DNA from: an uncultured Gemmatimonadales bacterium
GTDB taxonomy: Bacteria; Gemmatimonadota; Gemmatimonadetes; Longimicrobiales; Gaopeijiaceae
Direction of reading: 5' to 3'
DNA length: 64,000 bases
Assembly (NCBI GenBank): GCA_963809895.1
Contig: CAWELD010000003.1
Span: 640,001-704,000 of the forward strand
In this document: positions 63,618-64,000 of the stretch, one piece after another
Position numbering within the stretch: position 1 is the first letter of the stretch
Layout of the letters: each line of letters starts with the position of its first letter
Notes under the pieces: generated by a model
Database searches by the model: none
What the model was told of the DNA's origin: nothing
What the model saw: the letters and a program-made list of their open reading frames with translations, nothing else
Translations under genes and position numbers: made by a program

Positions 63618-64000
63618 TCAGTACGCGGCCGGCAGCCGGTTGGCTACCGTCAGCTCGTTGTGCACGAATGAGATCCCCGGCGCCGACCAGGCGGCCCGCC
63701 CGGCTTCCTGCTTCTCCGCCCAGGAGCCCACCATCCCGGTGAGCCACACCTCCGAGGCCTCCACCCGGACATCCACGTGCTCGGCGTCCACCTCGGCGCT
63801 GCGCGTGAAGGCGGCCCGGATCTTCTCCCGGATGTCGATGGGGCGGGCTCGCGGCCGGATCGCGATGCGGTTGCTCACCCCTCGTACGCCACGAAGCTCG
63901 CGGACCAGGCTCTCGGCTCGGGTGCGCTGGAACTGCCACTCCACCTCGCCTTCCAGGGCGACGAAGCCGTTGACGACGACGACCCGGATGCGGTCTTCCG
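63618..64000 (-). CDS. BON-domain (OsmY-like) protein, 5'-partial
   Basis: [21 protein letters not shown]; frame open to the window edge. Confidence 0.88.
   Translation of the reverse strand, partial: EDRIRVVVVNGFVALEGEVEWQFQRTRAESLVRELRGVRGVSNRIAIRPRARPIDIREKIRAAFTRSAEVDAEHVDVRVEASEVWLTGMVGSWAEKQEAGRAAWSAPGISFVHNELTVANRLPAAY

Overview
High-GC bacterial chromosome segment; gene order and protein style suggest a Gemmatimonadota-like organism (inference). The housekeeping backbone runs PPTase, glnS(+YqeY), gltX, lexA-like, tadA, NhaC-like transporter, pyrRBC, rpsT, site-2 protease, scpAB, rluB, upp and a double Trk/Ktr K+ operon. It continues with baeRF/C39-like/RimK, cell-wall enzymes, a sigma54 two-component system and a stress/dormancy-type cluster. 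Many conserved genes between 0.6 and 41.4 kb carry single-base frameshifts, most likely long-read errors. Two IS-eroded accessory islands flank rpsT. Island 1 (about 10.8-18.0 kb) is an integrase-less integron array (attC, MazEF-like cassette, beta-propeller cassette, attI-like site) plus a PIN gene, a SIR2 remnant, IS3 and IS256. Island 2 (about 18.5-31.0 kb) is a decaying peptide-export locus: LanB-like remnant, secreted 6-Cys protein, PCAT-like ABC, mini-HlyD, S8 protease, several 6-bladed beta-propeller (lipo)proteins, IS630 and IS1380. Best leads: a candidate sigma54-driven multi-branch ncRNA at about 53.0-53.3 kb, the beta-propeller/Cys-rich peptide system with one member mobilised as an integron cassette, and a LexA homologue lacking all autocleavage residues.
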